This document shows, piece by piece, positions 1 to 8,684 of a stretch of 64,000 nucleotides of DNA. The translations under genes were made by a program, and so were the position numbers. Origin of the DNA: Candidatus Doudnabacteria bacterium (GTDB lineage: Bacteria; Patescibacteriota; Doudnabacteria; UBA920); assembly GCA_016788665.1 (NCBI GenBank), contig JAEUSF010000002.1, forward strand, positions 73,387 through 137,386, in the 5' to 3' direction. How positions within the stretch are numbered: position 1 is the stretch's first letter; every line of letters starts with the position of its first letter. The notes beneath the pieces are model-generated. The model did no database searches, was not told the DNA's origin, and worked only from the letters and a program-made list of their open reading frames with translations.

Positions 1-546
1 AGTTTTAAGCAAAAACTACAATACCTATCTTCTGCAAGCTATTTTTTATCTGGTGTTGTGGTTTTACTAAACGCAGCTCTACCAATTTTCGTCCTCTTTA
101 CTGGTATGCGGCCTCTGGAAATGACCACCATGGACTTGCTGGCAATTTTTTTGCCTTACATGGTACTTACCATATATGTACTACAAGTTTCCACTAACTA
201 CTCAGTAAGTTTTCGGGCAATCGCTTTTGCTGTGTCCAGCTTCTGGATACAAGTTAAAGCCTTAAACGCCGTTATTTGTGGACAGAAAAGCAAATTCAGC
301 GTAACTTCCAAAAAAAAGCTGGAAGGAAACTTCCTTTCCGTAATCATCCCTCATCTGACTTATGTTTGCTTAGCCATCTGGTCAATTTACACAGGCATAA
401 GCCGTGAAGGATGGTCTGCTTCGGTAATGAGTAATGTAGCGTGGATATTTTTTAACCTAAGCATGTTCGCACCTTTCATAGCAGCAGCACTGCCCAAATT
501 TAACTTCTTTGAAAAACCTATAGAGCAGCTGAAAACCGCTGCCTAA
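1..546 (+). CDS. C-terminal fragment (5' end outside window) of a processive family-2 glycosyltransferase (cellulose synthase/PgaC-like) membrane domain
   Basis: Frame 1 is open from nt 1. Multi-TM C-terminus with an F-x-V-T-x-K motif (KFSVTSKKK) of the kind that follows QxxRW in processive GT2 enzymes. The next gene follows 12 nt downstream. Confidence 0.4.
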   Translation, partial: SFKQKLQYLSSASYFLSGVVVLLNAALPIFVLFTGMRPLEMTTMDLLAIFLPYMVLTIYVLQVSTNYSVSFRAIAFAVSSFWIQVKALNAVICGQKSKFSVTSKKKLEGNFLSVIIPHLTYVCLAIWSIYTGISREGWSASVMSNVAWIFFNLSMFAPFIAAALPKFNFFEKPIEQLKTAA

Positions 547-558
547 ATTTAATACCTT

Positions 559-2079
559 ATGCACGAAAAGTCTAACGCCTCAAAAGCAGCAAGCACGCAA
601 TTATACGACCTGATATTTTTAAGCCTCCTGATGATTTTAGCTACCGCAATTTCGGCTTACTTTCTCCTACACCAAAGCATACGCCTGGACGAGTCACAAA
701 GTCTCTGGCAAAGCAGTCGCTCCTTAAAAGGGCTTATAAAAACCATCTCCCAAGATGTACACATGCCTTTATATTCGGTACTCCTACATTTATGGCAGCG
801 CTTAGTAGGTAACTCAATAGAAACAGCTAGAATACCCTCGTTATTTTTCTTTCTGCTTTCTATACCTGCTTTATATTCATTAGGCAAGCAAGCCTTCCAA
901 AAAAATATCGCTCGCTTTGCCTGCTTACTTTTTTCACTATCCCCCTTTATAAGCTGGTACGGAAACGAAACAAGAATGTACAGCCTTCTTACCTTGCTGA
1001 CCATTTTAAACCAGATCAGTTTCTTAAAACTAATAAGCAGCCTACAAAATAACCAGAACCATAGAATACTTTGGGCTTATTTTAGTCTGACCACCATCTT
1101 AGGAATATACACGCATTATTTTTTTTGGCTGGTTTTAACAACTCAATTTTTTTATCTTCTACTGACACACAAAAATTTATTAAAAAAATACTTTAATACT
1201 TTTATACTGATGCTAGGAATAATTTTATGCTCATTTGTCCCCTGGGTTTTACAAGTATTAAAAGTTGGCTTCTTTTCCAACACCACACCTCTCATAAATC
1301 TTCCAACTTATCTAAATCTTTTTAATAGTTTTACTCAATTTATTTTTGGCTTTCAAGCAGAAAAAATAAATACAATCATACTGTCTTTATGGCCAATAAC
1401 AGTATTAATGCTGTTCTTTTACCTGCAAAAAAATAACCGTCTAGACAAAAACGCTTTATATTTTTTACTAACCGCTTTTTTACCTCCCTTACTTATTTTT
1501 CTTATCAGCATAACAATTCGCCCCATTTTTGTTACCAGATACTTTATCTTCACCGTGCCCAGTTTGTTTTTATTTCTTAGCTGGCTTATATATGCCTACA
1601 GTAAAACTGTCTCCTATTTGCTCAAAACAACATTTGTATCAGCCATGATTTGCACGCTCTACTTACAAAATGTTTTACCCAACGCTCCCATTAAAGAAAA
1701 CTATCGTGCAGCCGCCTCCTACTTATCCTCCCAGTCTTCAAACCAAGATCTAATTGCAATTTCCGCCCCCTTCACCATATACCCCATAGAGTACTACTAC
1801 CAAGGTCCGGCGAAACTCGTGACAATCCCTTCCTGGAACCGATACGAAATAGGTCCGGTGCCTGAATTCTCGTTGGAAAATTTAAACTCGGAAAGCAAAA
1901 ATTTTGAGAAAGTTTACCAAAAAGTCTGGCTTGTGCTTTCGTACGACCAAGGTGAGGAAGCAGAAATAAAAAAATATTTTGATGAAAAATATCATAAAGT
2001 CGATGAACTCGTAATTTCAAACGGCCTCCGTTTATATGCCTACAAGCTCAGATACGACCCCCCAGTTTCCATACAATAA
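559..2079 (+). CDS. Integral membrane glycosyltransferase, GT39/GT83 (PMT/ArnT-like) family
   Basis: 506 aa with about 11 predicted TM helices. A DE-containing first extracytoplasmic loop (RLDESQS) and a soluble C-terminal domain give ArnT/PMT-like topology. Confidence 0.5.
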   Translation: MHEKSNASKAASTQLYDLIFLSLLMILATAISAYFLLHQSIRLDESQSLWQSSRSLKGLIKTISQDVHMPLYSVLLHLWQRLVGNSIETARIPSLFFFLLSIPALYSLGKQAFQKNIARFACLLFSLSPFISWYGNETRMYSLLTLLTILNQISFLKLISSLQNNQNHRILWAYFSLTTILGIYTHYFFWLVLTTQFFYLLLTHKNLLKKYFNTFILMLGIILCSFVPWVLQVLKVGFFSNTTPLINLPTYLNLFNSFTQFIFGFQAEKINTIILSLWPITVLMLFFYLQKNNRLDKNALYFLLTAFLPPLLIFLISITIRPIFVTRYFIFTVPSLFLFLSWLIYAYSKTVSYLLKTTFVSAMICTLYLQNVLPNAPIKENYRAAASYLSSQSSNQDLIAISAPFTIYPIEYYYQGPAKLVTIPSWNRYEIGPVPEFSLENLNSESKNFEKVYQKVWLVLSYDQGEEAEIKKYFDEKYHKVDELVISNGLRLYAYKLRYDPPVSIQ

Positions 2080-2087
2080 AGACGCGG

Positions 2088-3425
2088 TTATTTTGACAAT
2101 TTTGCCAACCCTAATGCATATTCAGGCCAAAATACTCCCGGCCCTGGCCCACCGTTACAACTCCCATCACTTTCTCCGGGAGGCTTTATCCAAAGATATG
2201 CATCTATACGCTCCTTACCAGTATTTAATGTCGGAACATTTCCAAGTGCCCTGCCGGAAGGATTACACCATTCGGAACCCAAAGCACCAAGGCCGTTTCT
2301 ACCAGTATCAATTACAAAATGCTTTCCTCCCACATAACTAGAAATTTTTTGTCCATATTCTGCATTTAAGCCAGTTTCAATAAAATTTGAAACATTCAAG
2401 CTAAATCCGTCGGCAGACCCAATACCCGATCGCTTTAGTCTGTCCGCCATTTCACTCGCACTCACCCAATTTGGATGCCCCGCATCCAAATACACATTTG
2501 TTCCATATTTTGTTTTTAAAATTTCAACTGCTTTCTTTAAAATTTCATACCGGGTATTTTTCAGCTGAGCATCTAAACAATCCGAAAGCGCTAAAGCATC
2601 GGGCTCTAAAATTATAATCGATTTTCCGTTTAAACCACTTGAAAAATCTGTTACCCATTTTAAGTATTTTTCCGCACTAGAACTACCCCCTGCGGAAAAC
2701 CCACCACAGTCACGAATAGGTATATTGTAAATAACAAGTACCGGAATTTTATTTTCAGTCTTGGCAGCAGTAACGATTTTTTCAACGTCTGCCTTTATAT
2801 TTTTATTCCACTCCCCAAACCATACGGCGGTTGGCTGTTTTAACTTTTCCATATATTTTACATCTTGCCCCCTCTGAACTTTCCAACTACTCATAACCTC
2901 ATCTAACATAATGCGCTTGGGTTCATATAAGCCCGAATCACCAGTTCGCGCACTTACCAAACCAACGGCTGGGGAAATAGACACAAGTGCAGAGCTATTT
3001 TGATTTTTCATCTGCTGTAAACTTAAAGAACTTTCTGCCTCCCCTATTTTCTTACCTTCGTAATCATAAGCTATAAAATTAATCCTGTAGGGTCCCAAGC
3101 CTTTCCAATTCCAACCACTAACATCTACAATCGCTTCTTTATGAGGATAGTCATGATAGCTATTATACATTTGGTTTAACTGGCCTCCATCAACCTGCCA
3201 AAACATATGATAAGTTTCTACAACGCGCCCTTGAACAACAGCCTTAAAAGGCTGCTGACCACTAACCTGCGCCATACGAACTGGCCACCAAATCTCAAGA
3301 GACTGCCAATCTGCTTCGACTTCAAAATTACGAAGGCCTCCCAAAACACTACCACTTACTACTAATACAACGAGTATTTTCACTCCTAAGCCGCACCTAA
3401 AAACATAACGTAAAATATTTATCAT
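2088..3425 (-). CDS. Secreted glycoside hydrolase family 6 (endoglucanase/cellobiohydrolase-like) with an N-terminal extra domain
   Basis: Signal peptide or TM anchor at the N-terminus. GH6 signatures are present: IYNIPIRDCGG (catalytic Asp region), IIILEPDALA (EPDSL-like), DAGHPNWV and WIKPPGESDG near the C-terminus. Confidence 0.7.
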   Translation of the reverse strand: MINILRYVFRCGLGVKILVVLVVSGSVLGGLRNFEVEADWQSLEIWWPVRMAQVSGQQPFKAVVQGRVVETYHMFWQVDGGQLNQMYNSYHDYPHKEAIVDVSGWNWKGLGPYRINFIAYDYEGKKIGEAESSLSLQQMKNQNSSALVSISPAVGLVSARTGDSGLYEPKRIMLDEVMSSWKVQRGQDVKYMEKLKQPTAVWFGEWNKNIKADVEKIVTAAKTENKIPVLVIYNIPIRDCGGFSAGGSSSAEKYLKWVTDFSSGLNGKSIIILEPDALALSDCLDAQLKNTRYEILKKAVEILKTKYGTNVYLDAGHPNWVSASEMADRLKRSGIGSADGFSLNVSNFIETGLNAEYGQKISSYVGGKHFVIDTGRNGLGALGSEWCNPSGRALGNVPTLNTGKERIDAYLWIKPPGESDGSCNGGPGPGVFWPEYALGLAKLSK

Positions 3426-3688
3426 AAATAAAATGTATTACGAACCTCTTCTTAATTTTTTTATTAACACTACCCTCGTGTCCAAGTGTAACAAAACCAC
3501 AATTTTATAACCATAAAGAAGCTTGTCACAATTCGTTATTATGACTTAGTTGCTAGCATTAAAATTTTTCTCCCCTTAATTTTATTTATTTTGCTTAAAC
3601 AAAATCATAAACGTATAATTTCCCCAAAATAAACCCAGTTTCAAACTTAGTAACCGTGTGGTAAAATATAGTAACTTAATAAAATTCT

Positions 3689-4063
3689 ATGAAAAATATT
3701 CTGTACCATTTATTATTTTTAGTATTTATATCGCTCATAAGCGGGTTTGTTTTACTTGGTCAGGCAGGGCAACTAGAACTTAACCAGGCGCTCGCAGTAA
3801 GCGGGGGTTTGGTACTCTATGCTTTAGCAATGGTTTTTGTCGGAGAAACCAAAGAAACAGACCAGCGCCAAAGTAACTTTAAAAATGTTTCTGCTAAAAC
3901 AGGGCTCACTGCAGCAATAGCAGTCTTATGCTTAGGACTTATGTATCAAATGCTTTTTACCAACACAATTGACTGGTGGCTTATAGCAAGCTTGGTAGCT
4001 ATAAATTTAACAAAGCTTATAACGCTAATTTTTTTAAACACCAACTCTAAGAGCCAGGTTTAA
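3689..4063 (+). CDS. Small membrane protein, unknown function
   Basis: 124 aa with 3-4 hydrophobic helices. Extended -10 element TGGTAAAAT about 25 nt upstream. Confidence 0.3.
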   Translation: MKNILYHLLFLVFISLISGFVLLGQAGQLELNQALAVSGGLVLYALAMVFVGETKETDQRQSNFKNVSAKTGLTAAIAVLCLGLMYQMLFTNTIDWWLIASLVAINLTKLITLIFLNTNSKSQV

Positions 4064-5417
4064 TTACCGTTAAAGCATTTCCACCCTCCAAAACCACAAA
4101 GAATTTTTCATCTTCACAATCAAAATCAACAGCCTTGGAATGTAAATCCAAGGCTGTTTTAAAATTTAAAACTAACCCATTTTTCGCCCAAACTTGGAAT
4201 TCCTTATCTTGTTCGTTAGTCGCTAAAAATATCCACCCAGACCTTTCAAATATTCCATTTACACTTGTATTTATATCCTGGCTAAAATCAGACAGTAAAG
4301 GCATAAAATTCAAATTGTTAAAAAAGTACAGCTGTTCGTATGCCCCGGCTACCAGCCCTGTCCTGCCGAAATACAGCTTGTCTCCTGCCAAATACAAAGC
4401 ATTGCCGTGTAATATACCGCTTCCATTGGGAGAAAAATTCGAAACTTCAACAATATTCGCCGGGTCCGAAACATTTAGAACCCAAACTTGCTTAACAGAA
4501 GGCGTGGCCACGTAGGCATAATTTCCGCTAACTTTTATGCTATTTGCAGTAGTTCCAAGCTCAAAAGACCCTTCTGCCCTTGGTGCACTAGGGTCTGTAA
4601 CATCTATAATGTAAAATTCTCGACTCTGCGATATTTCAGTGCCCAAGTAAATTCTTAAATTAGAATAATATAAACTCCTACCCGACGCAGCGCTTCCCGT
4701 AACATAGCTATAAACTAAAAAGGGCTCAGAGGGGTTTGAAATATTTATTATTTGCAGCTGGCTAACTGTGCTCAAATTTACCACATACGCCAAATCACCC
4801 ACCACCTTCACCCCACCCAAGCCCGGACCCGTATTTATAGAAGCAACCATGTGCGGATTTTCGGGCACAGAAATATCTACCACAAAAAAATCAGCGGACT
4901 GCAAAGTAGAAGAGTCGGCAGTTATATACGCAAACTTACCTTTTACATCTATGCCCGTAGCTTTTTCTCCCGTACCTAGAAATATTTGCCCGGGCAAAAC
5001 CGTTGGACTAGTCCAATTTCCCTTGAGGCTCAACCCGCAAGCATCACCTTCCCTAAAAGCGTCTTTGTGTATGTACACAAAAAACATTTCTGTCACACCT
5101 TGAGGCCAGAACACCTGACTTACAACTTTTCGCGACCAATTATTTATATACTGGGCCGAAACATTAACCCGAAACACTTCTTTAATTATAGTTTTGTTTA
5201 TAACAGCATTAAATTCGTTTTCAATTTCTGCTTTAGCAGCCTCCAATTCCGCCTGAGCTAATATAACCGCCTGCATATGAAGCTCTGAACGAAGCGCTAA
5301 AGACTGGTTTAAAAAAACCAAAGAAAAAACCGAAGCTGAAACTCCGGCAAGTAAAAATAACCCAACTATAGCTTCCAAGGATGCAAACCCTATTTTTCTT
5401 ACAACAGGATTCGCCAT
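4047..5417 (-). CDS. Type IV pilin-like protein: prepilin N-terminus fused to an LVIVD-repeat (beta-propeller-like) domain
   Basis: N-terminus KIGFASLEAIVGLFLLAG is a class III signal (G/F cleavage site with E at +5). The body carries repeated hydrophobic-x-V-hydrophobic-N/D-hydrophobic-S/T-D/N-P-S/A motifs, for example AYVVNLS...ISNPSEP, FYIIDVTDPSAP and VWVLNVSDPANI. Confidence 0.5.
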   Translation of the reverse strand: MANPVVRKIGFASLEAIVGLFLLAGVSASVFSLVFLNQSLALRSELHMQAVILAQAELEAAKAEIENEFNAVINKTIIKEVFRVNVSAQYINNWSRKVVSQVFWPQGVTEMFFVYIHKDAFREGDACGLSLKGNWTSPTVLPGQIFLGTGEKATGIDVKGKFAYITADSSTLQSADFFVVDISVPENPHMVASINTGPGLGGVKVVGDLAYVVNLSTVSQLQIINISNPSEPFLVYSYVTGSAASGRSLYYSNLRIYLGTEISQSREFYIIDVTDPSAPRAEGSFELGTTANSIKVSGNYAYVATPSVKQVWVLNVSDPANIVEVSNFSPNGSGILHGNALYLAGDKLYFGRTGLVAGAYEQLYFFNNLNFMPLLSDFSQDINTSVNGIFERSGWIFLATNEQDKEFQVWAKNGLVLNFKTALDLHSKAVDFDCEDEKFFVVLEGGNALTVIKPGS

Positions 5418-5421
5418 AATT

Positions 5422-6159
5422 CTATTCTCCTATTATCTCAGCTTTCACCAAATACCTTTTTAAAGCGGTTCCTATGGGGTAAGAAGTTTGTAAGCTCAAA
5501 ATTTTTCGACCTTCCGTATTTTGTGACAATACGGTTACATCGTCTGAATCAACAACACGCGTCTCATAAACTTTATACACGTACTCATATCCTTGCCTGT
5601 CAGTTATATTTATATAGTCCCCAATTTTAATCTCAGGCAACCTAGCAAACACACTCTTGAAATTTCCTTTTTTATACAAAAAATCCGACGAGTGCCCAAA
5701 AATGTAAACATTTCCAGCCAGACCCGCTTCTGCTGTCCCCATATAATGAACAACTCCGTTTTCCAAATTTTCCTGTAAGATTTTTTCTTCAGTCGAAGTT
5801 GCGTAAACTATAGGAGCTTGTATATTTAGCGTTGGTATTGCCAATAAATCAGGCTGTCCTTTTGGCCTAATGTTTTTAATGGGTAAATTACTTTCGTCGT
5901 AAGTCAAAAACACCTTAGGCCAAATAAGCGCCTTTATTTTTTCAGCAAAGTAACTTAAATTTAAAACCACAAACCCTAAAAGAACCGTGGAAAAAAATAT
6001 TCCATAAGTCTTTTTCCAATTTCGAGGATTTGTTTTTTCAAACCACTTTTTTCTAACTTCCTGTTCCGACACAACAGAAACTTTCACACGGCTTCTCGGC
6101 AAACTTTTTACTTTTTTATTTGTTTTTTTTTCGCTCTGCTTCATACTAGTAAAAAACAC
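5422..6159 (-). CDS. Sortase-family transpeptidase homolog (Ser at the catalytic Cys position)
   Basis: N-terminal TM anchor and a sortase-fold pattern: VYIFGHSS (His motif), GDYINITDRQGYEYVYKV, and a TLxTC-like strand ILSLQTSYP followed by Arg (KRYLV). The Cys codon position reads tct (Ser) on the minus strand at 5482-5484. Confidence 0.6.
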   Translation of the reverse strand: MFFTSMKQSEKKTNKKVKSLPRSRVKVSVVSEQEVRKKWFEKTNPRNWKKTYGIFFSTVLLGFVVLNLSYFAEKIKALIWPKVFLTYDESNLPIKNIRPKGQPDLLAIPTLNIQAPIVYATSTEEKILQENLENGVVHYMGTAEAGLAGNVYIFGHSSDFLYKKGNFKSVFARLPEIKIGDYINITDRQGYEYVYKVYETRVVDSDDVTVLSQNTEGRKILSLQTSYPIGTALKRYLVKAEIIGE

Positions 6160-6189
6160 CCTTAGACTTTGCTCAGGGTGTTTTTAGAT

Positions 6190-7437
6190 TTAGTCGTTGA
6201 ATTTTCTTCCAAACTTTCTGGCAGTTACAAACGAACCGGCCAAAACACCTAAATAGGCTAAAGCGGAAACAGGTCCCGTAACTGGCAAAGAGGTTGCCGC
6301 ACCTTTTACTTCGCCCACAGGCATGGGAACAGGGAGGGAATTTAGGTTTGCTGGCATACTAGTGCTTACGCCCGCAACCTGACCTGAGCTAGAACCACCA
6401 GAACCACCCGAAGGCGGAGTTGGCACTCCACTACCTCCAGAAGAAGGGGCAGGGCCACCGCCGCTTCCACCACCCGAACCGCCGCCGCCACTACCGCCGC
6501 CGGAAGGAGGAGTCAGACTGAAGTGCGCATTAGCTACTAAATTACCGGTTATAACAAAAGTACAGATAGGATTATTGCTGCCTATGCATGGACCGGAAGT
6601 CCAGGTGTCAGCAAAAGTTGAACCCGAGTCAGGAGTTGCGGTTAAAGTAACCTCTGTACCAGAAACATAAGTTTGAGAACAATCCTCGCCGCAGTTTATG
6701 CCTTCATCTGAACTATTAACAGTACCGGTACCGTCACCATTTTTAGTAACAGTTAAAGTATATTCCGGATTTTCCAAGTCATCTACAGTTACAGTACAAG
6801 TTTTTTCCTCACCGTTGGAAACTGTGGAATTACAGTCAGCAGAATATGAGTAAGCATAGCCTCCGTCTGAAACCAAAGTCACACCATAAGCACCAGAGTT
6901 TATATTGCTAGTCACCCCTGCTTCGGAACCGACAAAAGTTGTTAAAACTGGAGAGGTAGCGGTCAAATTTACAGTAAAATCTGGAGCTGCTTTAGTGCCA
7001 CTATTGTCATTGGTCACATTAACCACCACTTTAACTTTTCCAGGCTTTGAAGTGTTTGTAATAGTACAGGTAACGTCGTCACCAGAAGCCAAAGTTCCGC
7101 TGCAACCGCTATAACTTGCTTGGTATGCCGGCTCTTCGGTTTCGGTAATGTTAAAGCTACCTTCAATAGGGGTTAAAACTGTACCGGTTTCTTCACCAGG
7201 AAAGGTTTGCAAAAATATAGGCACGCCTGGCAAAGGAGGAATAACTACTGCGGTAATACTAAAGTTACCCGCAGTTTTACTGCCACCATTGTCATTTATA
7301 ACGTGCTTAATAACGGTAATCGTACCGTTTCCCAGAAGAGGAGCGTCGTCGGCTTTTACATGGCTAAAGTAAGCAATTTGAGAAATAATTGCTACCGAAA
7401 CAAACGTCTTGTATAAAAAAGATTTATATAAATTCAT
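6190..7437 (-). CDS. LPXTG-anchored surface protein with repeated Cna-B/prealbumin-like domains and a Gly/Ser-rich stalk
   Basis: Signal peptide at the N-terminus. Repeated T-C-T-(I/V)-T modules and a (GGS)n linker are present. The C-terminus LPVTG plus hydrophobic segment plus RKFGRKF is a classic sortase sorting signal. Confidence 0.7.
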   Translation of the reverse strand: MNLYKSFLYKTFVSVAIISQIAYFSHVKADDAPLLGNGTITVIKHVINDNGGSKTAGNFSITAVVIPPLPGVPIFLQTFPGEETGTVLTPIEGSFNITETEEPAYQASYSGCSGTLASGDDVTCTITNTSKPGKVKVVVNVTNDNSGTKAAPDFTVNLTATSPVLTTFVGSEAGVTSNINSGAYGVTLVSDGGYAYSYSADCNSTVSNGEEKTCTVTVDDLENPEYTLTVTKNGDGTGTVNSSDEGINCGEDCSQTYVSGTEVTLTATPDSGSTFADTWTSGPCIGSNNPICTFVITGNLVANAHFSLTPPSGGGSGGGGSGGGSGGGPAPSSGGSGVPTPPSGGSGGSSSGQVAGVSTSMPANLNSLPVPMPVGEVKGAATSLPVTGPVSALAYLGVLAGSFVTARKFGRKFND

Positions 7438-7500
7438 ATTGTTTATGCAAATAATTTTTTAAGTTTTTTATTTTCCCAATTATAACATATATTTAACATC

Positions 7501-7529
7501 TTGACAAGACCCCTTAAAATAGGTATAAT
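7501..7529 (+). promoter_or_regulatory. Perfect sigma70 consensus promoter TTGACA-17-TATAAT, followed by AGGAGG RBS at 7549-7554
   Basis: TTGACA at 7501-7506, a 17-nt spacer and TATAAT at 7524-7529. AGGAGG lies 8 nt before the ATG at 7563. Confidence 0.6.
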
Positions 7530-7562
7530 TTACAACACTATCCTAGCTAGGAGGATCCTCGA

Positions 7563-8033
7563 ATGAGGAAACTTGTTCTCTGTTTGTTTCTCACGGTCGC
7601 TGCAAACGCAGCTACCGTAAACATCTACCCCACGCTCGACTGCACCGTCGGAGGCACTTCGGCAGCCACAACAGGGCTGTGTGCAAATCCCAACGGTCCG
7701 ACCACAGTTGGGTTTGTTGTTGTAACCAACGACATGCTCAACCCCAGCGACCAGAACGACTGGGTCCAGGTCCTGGAGTTTCCGAATGCCGGTGGCGGCG
7801 TTGCCACCAACTTTCGACTCTACTCCGATCCGTTGACGTTTCCGAGCTTCGGCTCGGCGTCAACTACGGTGCCGTTTGCTACCCTATTTTCTGTATACAA
7901 CCCCGCGCAGGGGTTTGTGTACAACATCTACAACCCGCCTACCAACGGGGGCGGTAATGTTCCCGAGTCCGGCACCATGCTTATGGTTGCCGGAGGACTC
8001 GCAGGAATTGTTGCAGTCCGCCGAAAGGGCTGA
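7563..8033 (+). CDS. GC-rich secreted protein with a PEP-CTERM-like C-terminal sorting signal (VPESG-TM-RRKG)
   Basis: Signal peptide MRKLVLCLFLTVAANAA. C-terminus ...GNVPESGTMLMVAGGLAGIVAVRRKG. The ORF is about 58% GC against an AT-rich background. Confidence 0.55.
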   Translation: MRKLVLCLFLTVAANAATVNIYPTLDCTVGGTSAATTGLCANPNGPTTVGFVVVTNDMLNPSDQNDWVQVLEFPNAGGGVATNFRLYSDPLTFPSFGSASTTVPFATLFSVYNPAQGFVYNIYNPPTNGGGNVPESGTMLMVAGGLAGIVAVRRKG

Positions 8034-8046
8034 CGAAACAACAACC

Positions 8047-8090
8047 AAAAGGCCGACGAACCTACCAGTTCGCCGGCCTATTTTTTTATT
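8047..8090. terminator. Bidirectional intrinsic terminator between converging genes
   Basis: An A-run, an 11-bp GC-rich stem (GGCCGACGAAC / GTTCGCCGGCC with one mismatch) and a T7 run. Confidence 0.6.
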
Positions 8091-8099
8091 ATTTTTAAA

Positions 8100-8642
8100 C
8101 TATCTAGTTATACAAATAGGTCCTGTGCCAGCCAAAGCTGGTTCTACTGTCATTGCGCATACCGTAACCCTGCCACTTGTGTCTCTATACACAGAATAAC
8201 CGGTATCATAATCATCGTCCGTCGCCCACGATGCGGTTGTCGGAGTAGTGGTGCTCGGGTCAAATGGCATAGAAGTTATATAAGTAGGAACCAAACATTC
8301 AGCAATGTCGTAATACGACTGATTGGTTTTTTCACCCATACGTACTGCCGTTACCTCACTCACAGCAGAACTTGGTATGTCGGTACAGCCACTGCCTGGA
8401 AAAACACCTTTATTGTCTGCCACCCGCTGACCAATAGCGTTTAAAATTGCGTTAACATTACTGGTCCTCTGGGTGTTTCGGCTTTGAGCAAACTGCCTGG
8501 CAGGATTAATGGCAATTAAAACAATAACAGCCAAGACAGCTATCATGCCCATAACCACCAAAATTTCTATAAGCGTAAAACCTTTGTTTAACAAAGTGTA
8601 ATTTTTATTTTGCATAAATAAAATTAAATTATTAAATAGCAA
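8100..8642 (-). CDS. pilA: Type IV major pilin (PilA-like); probable true start at the Met 9 codons downstream (about 8615)
   Basis: MQNKNYTLLNKGFTLIEILVVMGMIAVLAVIV is a canonical prepilin leader (G|FTLIE) with a hydrophobic alpha1 helix. Cys pair in the C-terminal region. Confidence 0.75.
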   Translation of the reverse strand: MLFNNLILFMQNKNYTLLNKGFTLIEILVVMGMIAVLAVIVLIAINPARQFAQSRNTQRTSNVNAILNAIGQRVADNKGVFPGSGCTDIPSSAVSEVTAVRMGEKTNQSYYDIAECLVPTYITSMPFDPSTTTPTTASWATDDDYDTGYSVYRDTSGRVTVCAMTVEPALAGTGPICITR

Positions 8643-8684
8643 AAATTTATTTATGACGTGTCTAAAAAATACTGCATAAATTTT

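Noticed and set aside
657-1004. Numerous 60-120-aa ORFs antisense to or nested within large well-supported genes (for example 657-1004, 14483-14859, 16213-16488, 17100-17382, 25151-25727, 47890-48202, 49315-49963)
   Set aside because: They overlap long genes with clear family signatures (UvrA, RNase J, ABC exporters and others). They have no independent signals and are treated as frame-shadow ORFs.
6400-6520. Short-period Gly/Ser codon repeats that could be mistaken for a repeat array
   Set aside because: They lie inside the LPXTG protein ORF and encode a (GGS)n linker. There are no spacer-repeat units and no cas genes, so this is not CRISPR.
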